A DNA stretch of 61,491 nt from an uncultured bacterium (GTDB lineage Bacteria; JAJVIF01; JAPKYR01). The stretch is taken from contig CBDURU010000006.1 of NCBI GenBank assembly GCA_965369865.1, positions 1 through 61,491 of the forward strand, written 5' to 3'. The notes under the pieces are model-generated. The model was not told the origin of the DNA and searched no databases. It saw only the letters and a list, made by a program, of their open reading frames with translations. The position numbers were made by a program, and so were the translations under genes. Position 1 is the stretch's first letter. The number at the start of each line of letters is the position of its first letter. This document shows, in pieces, positions 60,038-61,491 of this stretch.

Positions 60038-60619
60038 TTATTCAAAGCGTACTGCGACCTGGGTGAAGTACCAGTTTCCGTCTATTTCCTCGAATGATAA
60101 CCGGTATTCAAGGTCGGGGAAAATGTAGAGCACCCTCCAGCCTTCACCCTGATCCACGACCACGCATTCAAGTTCCCCATGTTCCCATAATGCCATCGTG
60201 GCTTCATCGAATAAATCGTCACGTTCGATTTCCAGAAAGTGAGTAAGATCTACTTCATCAATCCCGGTAAATACACCCTCATCCCCCCACAGCAAGTCCT
60301 TGAAATTCGATTCATGAGAGGTGATCCCATCTTCCGTAATGTAGGTAAATTCCCGCATGGATGTGTCGTGCATCAGATCTGAAAATGTACCGGTGGGTAT
60401 TATCTGCCCCGCGACTTCAAGCCCGAGGTCTTCGTGAAGAAGCGACCCGATCGCGTCCGGATCGTTGTTTCGAACCGCAACATCAAGCACCTCGACAGCG
60501 TCCTCGAACGATTCAGCACCGCCAGCCCAGGCGGGAAGCACGAAAAACATAGCCATCAGAGCGTACACAACGATTGGCATGGGCTGAAAAATTGTATTTT
60601 GATTGCTTATTCTCAACAT
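60038..60619 (-). CDS. Hypothetical exported acidic protein
   Basis: Signal peptide (..PAWA) and C-terminal F...DG.WY. Confidence 0.55.
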   Translation of the reverse strand: MLRISNQNTIFQPMPIVVYALMAMFFVLPAWAGGAESFEDAVEVLDVAVRNNDPDAIGSLLHEDLGLEVAGQIIPTGTFSDLMHDTSMREFTYITEDGITSHESNFKDLLWGDEGVFTGIDEVDLTHFLEIERDDLFDEATMALWEHGELECVVVDQGEGWRVLYIFPDLEYRLSFEEIDGNWYFTQVAVRFE

Positions 60620-60628
60620 TGAAAATTA

Positions 60629-60910
60629 TTACCCGGAAAAAAAAGTCACTAGTTTGTAAATCCCAAAACCAATCATGACAATAACCAGGGTGCTGCATCC
60701 GATCTGTCCGAGGCATCCCTCGACACATCCCGATACAGCCTGTCCGAACGCCCCGATGCATCCGACCGGGTCGACGCATCCGGCGCACCCGGCGGCCATG
60801 CACCAGTCGAACCCGGTGTGCTGCTCGGACTTGTCTCCCGGTTCGAGGTCCTCGGGGGTAAATTTGCTTTCACTTTCACTCATCGACTCGTCGGGATTGA
60901 TTCCCTTCAT
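60629..60910 (-). CDS. Small Cys/Gly-rich membrane-anchored protein
   Basis: Seven Cys residues, mostly in GC repeats, and a C-terminal TM helix. Confidence 0.5.
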   Translation of the reverse strand: MKGINPDESMSESESKFTPEDLEPGDKSEQHTGFDWCMAAGCAGCVDPVGCIGAFGQAVSGCVEGCLGQIGCSTLVIVMIGFGIYKLVTFFSG

Positions 60911-61029
60911 CCCGAAGCCAGATTATACAGATATTTACCCTCCGCAGGCTATCATGGAGTCCTGAAAATTAGACGGTTGAACGATTCAAAAGATGCGGTT
61001 TATCGTGAAACAACCTGGCTGGAGAATAC

Positions 61030-61491
61030 CCGGGTGCCGCCCACATGCGTCGTACGAGGTAAAGTTAACGTTCAATTTAAAAATTTTCTATGAGAGATTT
61101 AAATAGTTGACTCCACGCTAAGCTTGTGGGTGATATAGATTGAAACCGCCGGGTGCCGCCCACATGCGTCTTACGAGGTAAAGTTAACGTTCAATTTAAA
61201 AATTTTCTATGAGAGATTTAAATAAGTTGACTCCACGCTAAGCTTGTGGGTGATATAGATTGAAACCGCGAATCACCCATAAGCTCAAATAAAAAATTCT
61301 CTTATAATCTTCTCTGGTTCCTTTAATCGGATATGGGAATTCTTGAATGCCAAGTTAAACGCGTATGGGCGGCACCCGGCGGGATCTTTGTTTTTAGAAC
61401 GACTAACAGAATGAACGAAACTCATGGGCCGGGTGTCGCCCACATGCGTCTTACGAGGTAAAGTTAACGTTCAATTTAAAAATTTTCTATG
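61030..61491. repeat. MITE/REPIN-like element (61149-61379) with partial tandem copies (61030-61149, 61429-end)
   Basis: 21-bp terminal inverted repeats ccgggtgccgcccacatgcgt / acgcgtatgggcggcacccgg, and an internal hairpin agcttgtgggtgat / atcacccataagct. Confidence 0.8.

Noticed and set aside
1..61491. tRNA/rRNA genes
   Set aside because: No cloverleaf or rRNA signature was recognised by eye in the intergenic regions. A tRNAscan-SE/Infernal run would be needed to exclude them fully.

Overview
This is a chromosomal segment of a diderm (LPS-producing), probably anaerobic bacterium of moderate GC; the lineage cannot be assigned from the sequence alone. The first 43 kb is mostly core genes. 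These include an MsbA-like ABC transporter, a TIGR03916-like radical SAM protein, an Fe-S-type trpS, an S8 protease, BatA/B/C-like VWA/TPR genes and copA. There is also an outer-membrane cluster (bamA-ompH-lpxD-lpxA-gnnA-like-lpxB), a type B succinate dehydrogenase/fumarate reductase, a parvulin and a ChlP/BchP-like geranylgeranyl reductase. The stand-out feature is a compact, apparently intact operon of about 13.5 kb (43519-57005) encoding phage virion parts: portal, prohead protease/scaffold, DUF2190, Mu gpT-like major capsid, neck and tube-like proteins, a tail hub and a holin-like protein. I recognise no terminase, tape measure, sheath, integrase, replication or endolysin gene in it, and a host REP-like repeat sits inside it. 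It is therefore a candidate domesticated GTA-like or satellite-like particle system. An AT-rich three-gene TIGR04255 / unknown / ART-like cassette follows it and may be a defence or toxin module. Intergenic spaces carry at least five families of palindromic REP/MITE-like repeats. All calls come from reading motifs by eye; no database searches were run.
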